Virus record (IMG/VR): IMGVR_UViG_3300028914_000071
Span: 13,509-77,508 of that record
Direction: 5' to 3' (one strand)
Source of the DNA: a virus
Taxonomy: Duplodnaviria; Caudoviricetes
DNA: 64,000 nt
A program made the position numbers and the translations under genes. Of this stretch, positions 1 to 9,332 are shown one piece after another. The first letter of the stretch is position 1. Every line of letters begins with the position of its first letter. The notes beneath the pieces were generated by a model. The model ran no database searches, was not told the origin of the DNA, and saw nothing but the letters and a program-made list of their open reading frames with translations.

Positions 1-61
1 TCAGGAGCCATTTTGATTTTTCCTATCACATATACGGCGTTTATAGAGTTCTCTGTCCCAT

Positions 62-132
62 GCGGATGTAGTTCAACGGAAGAACGACTGGTTTCCACCC
101 AGTAAATGTGGTTTCAACTACCACTATTCGCT
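62..132 (+). tRNA. tRNA-Gly (anticodon TCC)
   Basis: Cloverleaf: acceptor GCGGATG/TATTCGC, D arm GTTC..GAAC, anticodon stem ACTGG/CCAGT with loop TTTCCAC, T arm GTGGT-TTCAACT-ACCAC; no encoded CCA. Confidence 0.9.
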
Positions 133-135
133 TTA

Positions 136-236
136 ACCGATGCATTAGAAGACGGTTACTTCAATTGGTTTGAAAATTTCTTTGTTCAGAAATAGTGCGG
201 TTCGAGTCCGTTTAACCCGTTTTCACCTTTCTCGGT
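136..236 (+). ncRNA. Y-RNA-like (YrlA-type) ncRNA with tRNA-like module
   Basis: Terminal stems ACCGA/TCGGT and GAAGACGG/CCGTTTTC enclose small arms including a T arm GCGG-TTCGAGT-CCGT; shares GATGCA..ACGGTTACTTC..CCGT..ACCTT with the next element; lies just upstream of a Ro60 gene. Confidence 0.65.
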
Positions 237-251
237 CATTATTTTTCATTA

Positions 252-329
252 AGTCGATGCAGTATATACGGTTACTTCGACAGCCTGTTAATCTGTTTTG
301 GATACTCTCCGTATATGACCTTCTCGACT
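252..329 (+). ncRNA. second Y-RNA-like ncRNA
   Basis: Stems AGTCGA/TCGACT and TATATACGG/CCGTATAT, with the same internal loop (TGCA opposite ACCTTC) and ACGGTTACTTC motif as 136-236; inner hairpin ACAG-cCTGTTAAt-CTGT resembles an anticodon arm. Confidence 0.6.
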
Positions 330-333
330 ATAT

Positions 334-406
334 GCTCTCATAGCACAATTGGTAGTGCGCGAAACTTGTAATTTCGAGGTTCTCGGTTCGAGTCCGAGTG
401 GGAGCT
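334..406 (+). tRNA. tRNA-Thr (anticodon TGT)
   Basis: Acceptor GCTCTCA/TGGGAGC, D arm GCAC..GTGC, anticodon stem CGAAA/TTTCG with loop CTTGTAA, T arm CTCGG-TTCGAGT-CCGAG. Confidence 0.92.
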
Positions 407-411
407 TTAAT

Positions 412-443
412 GACCGGATAGTACATCTATCCGGTCTTTTTTA
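412..443 (+). terminator. intrinsic terminator after RNA cluster
   Basis: GACCGGATAG-tacat-CTATCCGGTC followed by a T run. Confidence 0.85.
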
Positions 444-446
444 TTC

Positions 447-475
447 TTTACTTTTTAAAGAATTTATGTTATAAT
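447..475 (+). promoter_or_regulatory. sigmaA-like promoter
   Basis: TTTACT-17 nt-TATAAT with extended -10 TG; leader AGAAAGTTAAGA shared with other + strand promoters. Confidence 0.7.
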
Positions 476-507
476 TATTACAGAAAGTTAAGAAAGGAAA
501 GTAAATT

Positions 508-657
508 ATGACAGATTTTTTTGAAGCATTAGGAAATATAATTGGCATAGTAATAGTAGCTGGCGGAGCATTGGTGTTACTTTTACTCACTATTTGGCTT
601 GCGCTTTATCTAATTAAAGAAATTATAAATACAGTAGAAGATTTTAAAAAGAGGTAA
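508..657 (+). CDS. small membrane protein (49 aa)
   Basis: AAAGGA RBS; MTDFFEALGNIIGIVIVAGGALVLLLLTIWLALYL hydrophobic stretch; below the ORF-track size cutoff. Confidence 0.6.
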   Translation: MTDFFEALGNIIGIVIVAGGALVLLLLTIWLALYLIKEIINTVEDFKKR

Positions 658-661
658 GACT

Positions 662-952
662 ATGACGACACCTTGTTTTGAAATAATTTCAGAAGACAAA
701 CTTAATCTCATGGCTACTAAAAAACTGATAGACCTTATGAGATTTTATGATTATAATTGTCCCGACTATACACATGATTGCTATTGGGGCAATTGCAAAT
801 GCCAAAAGGCTTGTGCGGCACTTCGCCGCGAAATGGTAATGAGGATTTATACAATTCTCAAAACAAGACCACATATTCCAAATAAAGCAGAAGCTAAGAA
901 AATAAGACAAGAACGTGCGGCTAAGAAATTTAAGACAATATCCGCAAGATAA
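662..952 (+). CDS. hypothetical protein, Cys-rich with basic C-terminal tail
   Basis: ORF packed between 508-657 and the Ro60 gene. Confidence 0.7.
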   Translation: MTTPCFEIISEDKLNLMATKKLIDLMRFYDYNCPDYTHDCYWGNCKCQKACAALRREMVMRIYTILKTRPHIPNKAEAKKIRQERAAKKFKTISAR

Positions 953-969
953 TTAAGGAGGACGATATT

Positions 970-2658
970 ATGAGCAGAATAGCTAGAGAAATTAAGGCAG
1001 AAAACAAGATAAAGAACACAACAGTAAACTTTATGGGCGGCAAGTCTTATACAGTTAACCCACTTGATACTCTTAAGTTGGTTGCAGCATCATCAATCTT
1101 TGGTGAACCATCTTATTACCGTTCAAATGTAAAGGAACGTAGATATGAAATCGACCGTGCGCTTAGAGGTTTAGACATCATGTTCGGGGAGTATGTTGGT
1201 CAGACAACTACAGAAATCTTTGAACAGGTAATCGACGACGCACTTGCCTATGATTTCGGTGCAACACTTGAATTTGCCGCAGAACTTCGTGACACTTACA
1301 ACATGAGATTAAACCCACAGGTAATCATGGTTCGTGCCGCAATCCACAGAGACAGAGCAAAGTTCACTTCTGAAAACCCTGGTGTTTTCGCGGCAATCAA
1401 TGATAAGGTAATGGCTAGAGCTGATGAACCAGCAACTCAGTTAGCATACTACATCTATAAGAATGGCGGCAAGTCTAAGCTTCCATCAGTTCTTAAGAGA
1501 AGCATTGCTGATAAGCTTTCAAAGCTCGACACATACGCTGTTAACAAGTACAAGAACGCTGAAATCGGTATGATTAATGCAGTTCGTCTTACACACGCAA
1601 ATTCTCCAGTGTTAGATGCACTCCTTAATGATAGACTTGAAGTTTCAGATTCAGACGAAACTTGGGAACAGAAACGTTCAAGAGGTATGGGTTGGAAGGA
1701 AATCTTCAACACAACAAACATGGGTCACATGGCTCTTTTAAGAAACCTCAGAAACGTATTCTCAGAACAGATAGACGTTAACTTTGCTAAGAGATACCTT
1801 AAGAAGTTAAAGGATGGCGTACTTCGCGGCAAGCAGTTCCCGTTCAGATACTACACAGCAATGGGTGTTATCGAAAAGGCAGACGTTAGCTACAAGTCAT
1901 TAATCCTTGACACTCTTGAAGAATGTATGGATATTGCTCTTGACAATATGCCAAAGTTAAAGGGTAAGACAATGTGCTTATCTGATAACAGCGGTTCTGC
2001 TTGGGGCGGTATCACATCAGAGTATGGTACAGTTACTGTTGCCGAAATCGACAACCTTTCTGCTGTAATTGCTGCAAAGCTTTCAGATGATGGTGTTGTT
2101 GGTAAGTTCGGTGACAAGTTAAAGACTTACCCAATCTCAAAGAGAAACGGTTGCTTAATCCAGGCTCAGAAGGTTAATGAAACAAAGGGTTCTGATATTG
2201 GTAAGAGCACAGAAGGTGGTATTTGGGAATTCTTAATCAACGCAATCGACAACAAGGAGTTCTATGATAACATCTTTATCTTCTCTGATATGCAGGCTGG
2301 TCACGGTTGTCTTTACGGCACACCAGAGCAGAGAAGAAAGTACCGTGACAAGGGCTTCGAAGCTGAATACCGTACTGGTTACATTGATGTTTACAAGTTA
2401 GTTCAGGAATACCGTAGAACAGTAAACCCAAAAGTGAATGTTTTCATGGTACAGACTGCTGGCTACGATAACGTCATCTTACCAGAATACTCTTACAGAA
2501 CTGCTATCCTCTCCGGATGGACAGGTAAGGAAGTAAGCTTCGCCGCAGACTTCATTGCAAAGTGGGATGAAATTGAGAACAGACAGAACGCTCCAAAGCA
2601 GAAGTCAAAGACTCAGAAGCAGTCCCAGTCAAATCTTCCACCAGTAAGATATAGATAA
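970..2658 (+). CDS. rsr: Ro60/TROVE-domain RNA-binding protein with vWA domain
   Basis: 562 aa; VNFMGG N-terminus, MALLRNLRN and QFPFRY TROVE motifs, MIDAS-like CLSDNSGS, IFIFSDMQ; AAGGAGG RBS. Confidence 0.92.
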   Translation: MSRIAREIKAENKIKNTTVNFMGGKSYTVNPLDTLKLVAASSIFGEPSYYRSNVKERRYEIDRALRGLDIMFGEYVGQTTTEIFEQVIDDALAYDFGATLEFAAELRDTYNMRLNPQVIMVRAAIHRDRAKFTSENPGVFAAINDKVMARADEPATQLAYYIYKNGGKSKLPSVLKRSIADKLSKLDTYAVNKYKNAEIGMINAVRLTHANSPVLDALLNDRLEVSDSDETWEQKRSRGMGWKEIFNTTNMGHMALLRNLRNVFSEQIDVNFAKRYLKKLKDGVLRGKQFPFRYYTAMGVIEKADVSYKSLILDTLEECMDIALDNMPKLKGKTMCLSDNSGSAWGGITSEYGTVTVAEIDNLSAVIAAKLSDDGVVGKFGDKLKTYPISKRNGCLIQAQKVNETKGSDIGKSTEGGIWEFLINAIDNKEFYDNIFIFSDMQAGHGCLYGTPEQRRKYRDKGFEAEYRTGYIDVYKLVQEYRRTVNPKVNVFMVQTAGYDNVILPEYSYRTAILSGWTGKEVSFAADFIAKWDEIENRQNAPKQKSKTQKQSQSNLPPVRYR

Positions 2659-2665
2659 TATACAG

Positions 2666-2695
2666 GGAGTAGGAAAATTTTTCCTACTCCTTTTT
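2666..2695 (+). terminator. intrinsic terminator
   Basis: GGAGTAGGAAAA/TTTTCCTACTCC hairpin plus T run. Confidence 0.85.
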
Positions 2696-2887
2696 CATTT
2701 TTTTTAAAAAATTTTTTATTTTCGACTAAAATTCGCGGCGAAAAGAGGGTGATTTTTCTCCTCTACTATGTTTTTAATATAAAGTTATTAAAAAATATTA
2801 GAGGATTTAGGAAGGCATAATTTGCCTTCTGAGATTGGCTTATGAATGAATAAATTTCGCGGCACAAATGGAATTTTTTAGGAATTC

Positions 2888-2916
2888 TTGACTTTTAGGC
2901 TAAAGTATGTTATAAT
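2888..2916 (+). promoter_or_regulatory. sigmaA-like early promoter
   Basis: TTGACT-17 nt-TATAAT with TG extension, then ATATATAGAAAGTTAAGAGAG leader. Confidence 0.85.
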
Positions 2917-2961
2917 ATATATAGAAAGTTAAGAGAGAGATAAACAGAAAGGACTAAAATT

Positions 2962-3387
2962 ATGAACGCTATTGTATTTGAAAGAGTTAAGGAATACCAC
3001 GAAGGTATTGCAATGGAAAATGTACACGTTTTAAGCGAAAAGGATTTTGTTGATTGTGTTTATCCAAACCCAGACACACTTCGCTATGAGCCTTGTTATG
3101 AACGTCATTACTTTATAGACGGCATAGACTGTGGAATTAGTGAAGTTGCTCAGACTCGATTCGCTAATTGGCGCGATATGACTATTGTTCTTACTACGGA
3201 AAACATAGATGAATACATTATGAATTTTAAAGCCGAAGCAGAGCATCACAAGACAAAACTTGAAAAGGGTGTTTTTCCTTATGCAGATTTGGTCTTTTGG
3301 GGCAAGCCGGAATACATAAGAGAAGAGTTTGAATTTTTCTCAATGGTTGTTAATACTCTTAAAGAGATTAAGGAGAGAATGGTATGA
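2962..3387 (+). CDS. hypothetical protein
   Basis: AAAGGA RBS; first gene after the promoter. Confidence 0.75.
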   Translation: MNAIVFERVKEYHEGIAMENVHVLSEKDFVDCVYPNPDTLRYEPCYERHYFIDGIDCGISEVAQTRFANWRDMTIVLTTENIDEYIMNFKAEAEHHKTKLEKGVFPYADLVFWGKPEYIREEFEFFSMVVNTLKEIKERMV

Positions 3388-3782
3388 GCAAAGGTAGACT
3401 TTTTTTAGTGGTTATAAATGGCCTTCCAATTAAATTAAATCGTAAACAAACAACAATCACCTTTCCTTGCTATGAAGAATTCTTCCCTCATGTATCCATG
3501 AGAGAGATTGAAGAAAAAGACAAACTTCCTAGAAAGCATAGATTTGTTACTTTTTTAATTGATGATGGAGTTTTAAATATAGACCACTTTATGGGTTCTA
3601 AAAAAGAAGACTTTAGGGATGGAAAATTATATTGCTCATTTTATGTAAATGAAGTGGTAGGAAAGGCAACTAATTTAGACCATATCATCCCAGCAGAAAC
3701 ATTTCAGTTTCCGTTTGTAACGACTATGGAAAATATTATAGATGTTTTAAGTCAAATGTTACGTGCGAAAGAGGTAGAATAA
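3384..3782 (+). CDS. hypothetical protein
   Basis: ATGA overlap with the previous gene. Confidence 0.7.
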   Translation: MSKGRLFLVVINGLPIKLNRKQTTITFPCYEEFFPHVSMREIEEKDKLPRKHRFVTFLIDDGVLNIDHFMGSKKEDFRDGKLYCSFYVNEVVGKATNLDHIIPAETFQFPFVTTMENIIDVLSQMLRAKEVE

Positions 3783-4099
3783 TGGTAATATGTGCAAGTA
3801 TTGAAAATGTAAATTGGGATTTTACTCAGGGAGAATCCGGCATGATTGATGTCTTTCTTAATAGCATAGAAGACATAAATTTCGACCCAAACACTATTAT
3901 GGGAGAAATGCCTAAGAGCCGCGAAAACCGCTATGACTTTGAAATAGAGGGCGGCCCGAACGGTAGATTCTTTAGTGCTTGGGTCTATATAGATGTTAAT
4001 GATATAGATACAGATAATCTTGCCGGCACTTTTGAATGTTGTTTTAATGAAATCGCGGCGAAAGAAGACCCTGGTATTTGCGTGTATGTAAGGAGTTGA
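3782..4099 (+). CDS. hypothetical acidic protein
   Basis: TAATG coupling, GAGGT RBS. Confidence 0.7.
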   Translation: MVICASIENVNWDFTQGESGMIDVFLNSIEDINFDPNTIMGEMPKSRENRYDFEIEGGPNGRFFSAWVYIDVNDIDTDNLAGTFECCFNEIAAKEDPGICVYVRS

Positions 4100-4104
4100 T
4101 AATA

Positions 4105-4713
4105 ATGATTAATGCAAATTATGTAGTATATGAACGTGATTCTTATGGTGACTACGAAAAGGCCGGTGAATATGATAATTGGTATGCAGTAGTTGATGAT
4201 TATTTAACATATAATGTCTTTCTTGAAGATATGTATAGAGCGGTTCTTGACCATGACGGCAACGAACAGTATCCATGTAGTAAGATTTTTAACTACAACG
4301 ATGTTGAATATTACTTTGATTTATACTGTAAAATGGTTCTTGGAAAGTTAATAGAAACAGGCAAGTTTTGTATGCCAGACAATAGCTTTTATATAGAGGT
4401 GGCAGAAGATTGTTATAAAATCGTTGTAAGAGCTGATATGGCAGAAGCTATTAGCGCCAATAAATTAAAGATATATTTACCTTGCGAGGTGAATCTTGTT
4501 AAGACTCCTTTTGTAGAAGAACCTACGTACATTTTAGGACATGATAGTGTAAATGACCTTGTGAATTTTAGTTTCTATGGTGAAGTGTTCTTTACAGAAA
4601 GCCAATGGAAAGCATATGTTGATAAAGGTCTTTCAAATGCCGACATATTCGCGACAGTATTTGGTCAATTTCATGATAATTTTAAAGTTGAATTTAGTGA
4701 GGAGAGATTATAA
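4105..4713 (+). CDS. hypothetical acidic protein (tandem family 1 of 4)
   Basis: AAGGAG RBS before ATG 4105; C-terminal FSFYGEVFFTESQW motif resembles the next three genes. Confidence 0.75.
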   Translation: MINANYVVYERDSYGDYEKAGEYDNWYAVVDDYLTYNVFLEDMYRAVLDHDGNEQYPCSKIFNYNDVEYYFDLYCKMVLGKLIETGKFCMPDNSFYIEVAEDCYKIVVRADMAEAISANKLKIYLPCEVNLVKTPFVEEPTYILGHDSVNDLVNFSFYGEVFFTESQWKAYVDKGLSNADIFATVFGQFHDNFKVEFSEERL

Positions 4714-5330
4714 TGAAATATATAGGAAAAGATGGCTATGGCAACATATATGATACAAAGGAAAAAATAAAAGATTATATCAAATCAGCAACCTCTCTTA
4801 TGAAAGCAAGAGAATACTTTGATAATGGTGGAGATTACGCCTTATCAATGGAGGCAGAAAATGCTTATGGCGAATATAGGGTGGCAGACGAAGATATGTC
4901 TATTGCAACATGGATGGAATATTTTGAAAAATACGTAAACGAAATGTATGAAAGGGGAGAGTGGGGACTTACTAAGTGTCGGGTATTTAAGAAAATGACC
5001 ATATCAAATGCTAAAGCAACCATTATAAAAATAGGGCCTTCTTCTGTAATAAGACTTGATGATGTTGAAGACTCAATAGACCTGATAGTTGAAGATGTCT
5101 TTTTAACAGAAGAAGAAGTTGAATCTTGTGGCAAATGCCAAGGTACATTAGATATTCGCGGCAATTTTACTGGCTCTGCTTTAATAAATGAAGAAGTCTT
5201 TATAGAGAGTCTTAAAGAAACTGATTTAAAAAATATTTTCTCCCATGCGTATTTTGTAGAAGATAATTTACTTTATAGAGTTGCTTTTGCTTCATGGAAA
5301 AATAGAAAAACCAAGGAGGAAGAGGAATGA
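4713..5330 (+). CDS. hypothetical acidic protein (tandem family 2 of 4)
   Basis: Translationally coupled, 205 aa. Confidence 0.75.
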   Translation: MKYIGKDGYGNIYDTKEKIKDYIKSATSLMKAREYFDNGGDYALSMEAENAYGEYRVADEDMSIATWMEYFEKYVNEMYERGEWGLTKCRVFKKMTISNAKATIIKIGPSSVIRLDDVEDSIDLIVEDVFLTEEEVESCGKCQGTLDIRGNFTGSALINEEVFIESLKETDLKNIFSHAYFVEDNLLYRVAFASWKNRKTKEEEE

Positions 5331-5929
5331 GAAATTTATATTTTACATATGAAAACCAGATTTTCGAGTCAGAAGAAGCTGTAAGACAGCATATAAAAAC
5401 CCATGCCATATGGGAAGACGTAGCATCAAAACTGCATAAAGTCTACATTAGTGAAGATGACTATGGCAGAGAATATGAAGATGTAAGAACTGATTTATCT
5501 ATATTGGAAATGGAAAGTTGTTTTAAAGAATATGTAGACCGAATAATAGAACGAATAAAGTTGGGAGAGTCGGTTTATGGCATTGAGATGAAAGAAATAG
5601 GTCACAAGCTTACATTGTGGGATTCAGATGCATCAATCGAAAGTCCTGACTTTTTATCAATTACTGGCTGGGCGCAGATTCGCGAAGAAGAAATCATTAT
5701 AACTGGCAGCGAAGAAAAATATGATTATAAAATAATTCATGAGAAAGGAAAGCCTCTTTCCGACATTAACTTTACTGCATATGTTATATTTACCGAGGAA
5801 GAATGGAATTGTATTAAAGAACATTCATTTCCTTGTCTAAGTTCTACTGAAATAATTTTTCGTGATAAATTTAATGATAATATAAAAGAAAATGGTTTTG
5901 CCATAAATTTTGGTCAAAGGAAGGATTAA
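5327..5929 (+). CDS. hypothetical acidic protein (tandem family 3 of 4)
   Basis: ATGA overlap, 200 aa. Confidence 0.75.
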   Translation: MRNLYFTYENQIFESEEAVRQHIKTHAIWEDVASKLHKVYISEDDYGREYEDVRTDLSILEMESCFKEYVDRIIERIKLGESVYGIEMKEIGHKLTLWDSDASIESPDFLSITGWAQIREEEIIITGSEEKYDYKIIHEKGKPLSDINFTAYVIFTEEEWNCIKEHSFPCLSSTEIIFRDKFNDNIKENGFAINFGQRKD

Positions 5930-5931
5930 TA

Positions 5932-6549
5932 ATGATAAAATACAAAATAGTTAAAATAACCAACAAAAACGAAGAGCTCCTTATAGAAAGTAATATAGAC
6001 GAAAGTGAACTTTTCAACTATGTTCGTAAGTACCTTCAGTTTAGAGAATTTATGGATTGGTACGATAACGAGCGTGATATTCCTTTAGAATATGATACAC
6101 TTACAATAGAAGACCTTGAAGACAATATGAATGACTGTATTCAGAGTCTTGTAAATAATGCAGTTGTTTGGGATATTGAGATTTATCTTGGCAATCATTA
6201 TTTTGTAAAGAAATATGAGCAGAATGTTAGAGTGTTTGTTTCCTTAGAGGATTATGGTGATTTATCACCAGTTTGCGCTAAACCTGACGGTGAACACAAA
6301 TTAATAATTCTAGATAATGCAGTCGTTCATAGCGGTGTGACTGAAAAACCAGTAGGCACAGTAAACTATGGAGTAGAAGTAAATGATTTTAGCTTCGATA
6401 GTTTTAAATTTTGCGGCGAAGTTGTAATAAGTGAAGCTCAGTACCTTAATTGCCTTGCAAAAGACAAGTCATTAGCAGATATAATGCTAGAGCACTTCAA
6501 TGGTAAGGCACCGTTCGATATTGAGTTCGCAGAAAAGGAGGAAGAATAA
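5932..6549 (+). CDS. hypothetical acidic protein (tandem family 4 of 4)
   Basis: AAGGA RBS, 205 aa. Confidence 0.75.
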   Translation: MIKYKIVKITNKNEELLIESNIDESELFNYVRKYLQFREFMDWYDNERDIPLEYDTLTIEDLEDNMNDCIQSLVNNAVVWDIEIYLGNHYFVKKYEQNVRVFVSLEDYGDLSPVCAKPDGEHKLIILDNAVVHSGVTEKPVGTVNYGVEVNDFSFDSFKFCGEVVISEAQYLNCLAKDKSLADIMLEHFNGKAPFDIEFAEKEEE

Positions 6550-7037
6550 TGGAAATAGAAAATAAAGTATGGGTAGTAAGTGGAGAAGACTGGAATGATG
6601 AGAGAGGAACTCGTATTGTCATTGGTGTTTGTCCTACTGAAGAAGACGCTGAAAATATTAAACTTCGGTTTTTATACACATATGACGAGATATGGATACA
6701 AGAATTTCCTATAAGAACTTGCGACAAACCTTTTGTCGTTTATAAAGGTCGTTTCAGGGCAGAGCTTCATCTTGTTGGTGAGAAACATTATGTTTTAGGT
6801 AAGATAGACTACGTAAAACAGGAAGGAGAACCTTTGTCTGGTGATTGTAACGTTAAAGAAAAATTTGAATTTTCCGTGGGCCATGTAATCAAAACTGATG
6901 GTCCAGAGGTTTATATAATATCGGGAGGATTTACTTCTATGGAAAAAGCTCCTACCGAAGGGGGAGCGGCAAAAGAATGGATTGCTCAAAAGGCTAATGA
7001 AAAAGGCCTTATCACATTAGAAAGTTCCGGATTTTAA
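6549..7037 (+). CDS. hypothetical protein
   Basis: TAATG coupling, AAGGAGG RBS. Confidence 0.7.
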   Translation: MEIENKVWVVSGEDWNDERGTRIVIGVCPTEEDAENIKLRFLYTYDEIWIQEFPIRTCDKPFVVYKGRFRAELHLVGEKHYVLGKIDYVKQEGEPLSGDCNVKEKFEFSVGHVIKTDGPEVYIISGGFTSMEKAPTEGGAAKEWIAQKANEKGLITLESSGF

Positions 7038-7082
7038 AGATGAAGAAAGTTAAAAAGGTCTGCTGGAAATATCTGGTAGGCC

Positions 7083-7111
7083 TTTACTTTTTTTAAAAAC
7101 TGTGTTATAAT
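7083..7111 (+). promoter_or_regulatory. sigmaA-like early promoter
   Basis: TTTACT-17 nt-TATAAT; preceded by the 18-mer TGGAAATATCTGGTAGGC. Confidence 0.8.
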
Positions 7112-7146
7112 ATATATAGAAAGTTAAGAGAGAGAGGAAAATAAAA

Positions 7147-7410
7147 ATGGTAATTAACTTCTATAGACTTTATGGCACAATTTTTTATTACTTTGACATA
7201 AAAGCTGATAACACAGTTTACTTCAGCAACACGGATGAAGACTTCAACAGAAAGCTTGATTATGCGGCTTATATCCCAGCCGAAACTCGCTTAACTGATA
7301 AAGAAGCGAGAGCGTGGTTTAAAGAACACTATCCAGATTGTGAAGTCCACAAAGTTGATAAACATTATCATACAGAACAGCATTACAAGGAAGACAGAAT
7401 AGGCGACTAA
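7147..7410 (+). CDS. hypothetical protein
   Basis: GAGG RBS after the promoter. Confidence 0.7.
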   Translation: MVINFYRLYGTIFYYFDIKADNTVYFSNTDEDFNRKLDYAAYIPAETRLTDKEARAWFKEHYPDCEVHKVDKHYHTEQHYKEDRIGD

Positions 7411-7426
7411 GAAAGGACGATTAACT

Positions 7427-7684
7427 ATGAAAAACTACAGACCAAAGTCATGGAGCGCACAGGCAAGATTCATGTGTGACCAGCAGATTGAATACATCAA
7501 CTACGGACACTGTTTCATTGAAGACTCTATGAGAATGTTCAGAAACTCTTACCGCAACCCGCTTATCGTTGGTAGAGCAGCAAAGAGATTCGGTAGAATG
7601 TTAAGAGCCGGCAAAATCAAGGAAAACAAGGAAGCATACATCAAGAACTATCCACTCGATGCAAAGGAGAGAGGTTTAATATGA
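7427..7684 (+). CDS. hypothetical basic protein
   Basis: AAAGGA RBS. Confidence 0.7.
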   Translation: MKNYRPKSWSAQARFMCDQQIEYINYGHCFIEDSMRMFRNSYRNPLIVGRAAKRFGRMLRAGKIKENKEAYIKNYPLDAKERGLI

Positions 7685-8019
7685 CAAATATCGGAAATGA
7701 TAAATACCTACATCTTGTAACTCGCCGCGATTACCTTGATGTTATATCAGATAAGGTTTCTCCGGATTTCGCGGCAGAGATAGAGGAAATGCTTGATGTA
7801 GCAGAACTCACAAAATCTCAACTCATTGATGAAATTGATAGCGATGCCGCTTTCTATGAAGCAGAAAATGAGGAAATGCGAAACACAATTGACGACGCAA
7901 ACTCAATGATTCAGCAGTTCCTTTACCCGATAGAAAAAGGCAAGAACCTTAATCGTCAGAAGACAATTCAGTTTCTCAACGACTTACTCAAACTAATCGA
8001 CATAAACAATTGGAAATAA
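7681..8019 (+). CDS. hypothetical acidic coiled-coil protein
   Basis: ATGA overlap. Confidence 0.7.
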   Translation: MTNIGNDKYLHLVTRRDYLDVISDKVSPDFAAEIEEMLDVAELTKSQLIDEIDSDAAFYEAENEEMRNTIDDANSMIQQFLYPIEKGKNLNRQKTIQFLNDLLKLIDINNWK

Positions 8020-8031
8020 GGAGGGGTACAT

Positions 8032-8379
8032 ATGTATCTTGTACAGAAAATTTCAACATTCGAAGGTCTTGAAGTTATCAAGCCAAAGATTTTTAGTTCA
8101 TATGTAAAGGCTCGCCGCGATTTACTCAGCAGACTTGGTGAGGTATTCATGGAAGCCTTTATAGATTCCGAACAGGACGAATACGGTAGCAGAGATATAA
8201 GAACCGGCTTTGAACTCTACTCTCAGTTTTATATCGAAGCTGGCACTGGTGCTTCTCTTTCATATATCCCGGCTGAGGAAAAGGAATTTAAGGAATATGG
8301 CGAGGAATTAAGCATTTACATTGGTGAAAACGCTCATGAATTTATTTCAATTAAAAGAATTGCTCAGGAGGATGAATAA
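8032..8379 (+). CDS. hypothetical protein
   Basis: AAGGAGG RBS. Confidence 0.7.
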   Translation: MYLVQKISTFEGLEVIKPKIFSSYVKARRDLLSRLGEVFMEAFIDSEQDEYGSRDIRTGFELYSQFYIEAGTGASLSYIPAEEKEFKEYGEELSIYIGENAHEFISIKRIAQEDE

Positions 8380-8380
8380 T

Positions 8381-8710
8381 ATGTATAAAGTAATAAATAC
8401 AGTAGATGACACATTTTCTTTCTATAGTGACCTTAGAGATTTTGTGGATGAACATATGACTATAGACGATGTTATTGAAAGCCTTGATGACATCTATGAA
8501 CCAGTAGACTTACCGATTGTCGGCAAAATGCATATATCAACCATCGTAAAGAACTTAGCTTCAGACGATGACTTAGATATGCTCTTAAACGATGAAATTG
8601 ATTATCGTACTGATGACCTTATCTACGAAATTGAACACTATGGCTCATGTGAGTGGGGTGACTACACAATCTTAGAAGTTGAGGAGGAAGATAACTATGA
8701 AGAAGTATAA
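8381..8710 (+). CDS. hypothetical, very acidic protein
   Basis: GGAGG RBS favours ATG 8381 over the track start at 8321. Confidence 0.7.
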   Translation: MYKVINTVDDTFSFYSDLRDFVDEHMTIDDVIESLDDIYEPVDLPIVGKMHISTIVKNLASDDDLDMLLNDEIDYRTDDLIYEIEHYGSCEWGDYTILEVEEEDNYEEV

Positions 8711-9332
8711 GATATATAATGCAATTTGTGGACATAAGGCTACATGTCCACGTTCAGAAGCAAAAACCCTTGAAGAAGCTATGGAATATGTTGTTACCGT
8801 AAGTAAAAACAACATCATATTTGACAAGTTAGATGAAGTCTTATTTGATATTGAAGTTAATGACCAAATGGTTGCGGCGGCAAATTCTGAAAAGAACCAG
8901 TGGATTATTAACAAATGGCTTGAAGAAAAGAAGAATGGACTCATTGAAATGTATTTAAAGACCAATGGAGTTAATTTTCTTATAAACGACTTAATAGTTG
9001 AAGAGTGTGAGGAATATTACCTTTATCAAAATGGTAAGCTTGGAATGTCCGGTCCGTTTGAGGAAATATTTCATTATATTTACGATTATTGTCCTTATGA
9101 AGCTGCGGCAAGAGATTTTTTCAATTATCATGTTCGTGAAATACCTGTCTTTTTAGACGGAGAACTAGGCAATCTTCTTTTCCCTGATGACCACTACACA
9201 ACAGATTTCTCTGACAATATCTTCAATTATATCGAAGATAATCTTAAACATATAATTGATACCAATGGTTCAGCAATTTTTGCTGGCGTAGTTATTAGCG
9301 CTGAACCAATTGAAAATACCTTTAACCGCTAA
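8697..9332 (+). CDS. hypothetical protein
   Basis: GAGGAGG RBS favours ATG 8697. Confidence 0.7.
   Translation: MKKYKIYNAICGHKATCPRSEAKTLEEAMEYVVTVSKNNIIFDKLDEVLFDIEVNDQMVAAANSEKNQWIINKWLEEKKNGLIEMYLKTNGVNFLINDLIVEECEEYYLYQNGKLGMSGPFEEIFHYIYDYCPYEAAARDFFNYHVREIPVFLDGELGNLLFPDDHYTTDFSDNIFNYIEDNLKHIIDTNGSAIFAGVVISAEPIENTFNR

Noticed and set aside
1-10. TCAGGAGCCA as the 3' end of an upstream tRNA
   Set aside because: Plausible CCA end, but too little sequence to support a call.
1-420. Amber suppressor tRNA (CUA anticodon) to explain recoding
   Set aside because: The two tRNAs found are Gly(TCC) and Thr(TGT); a suppressor, if any, lies outside the window.
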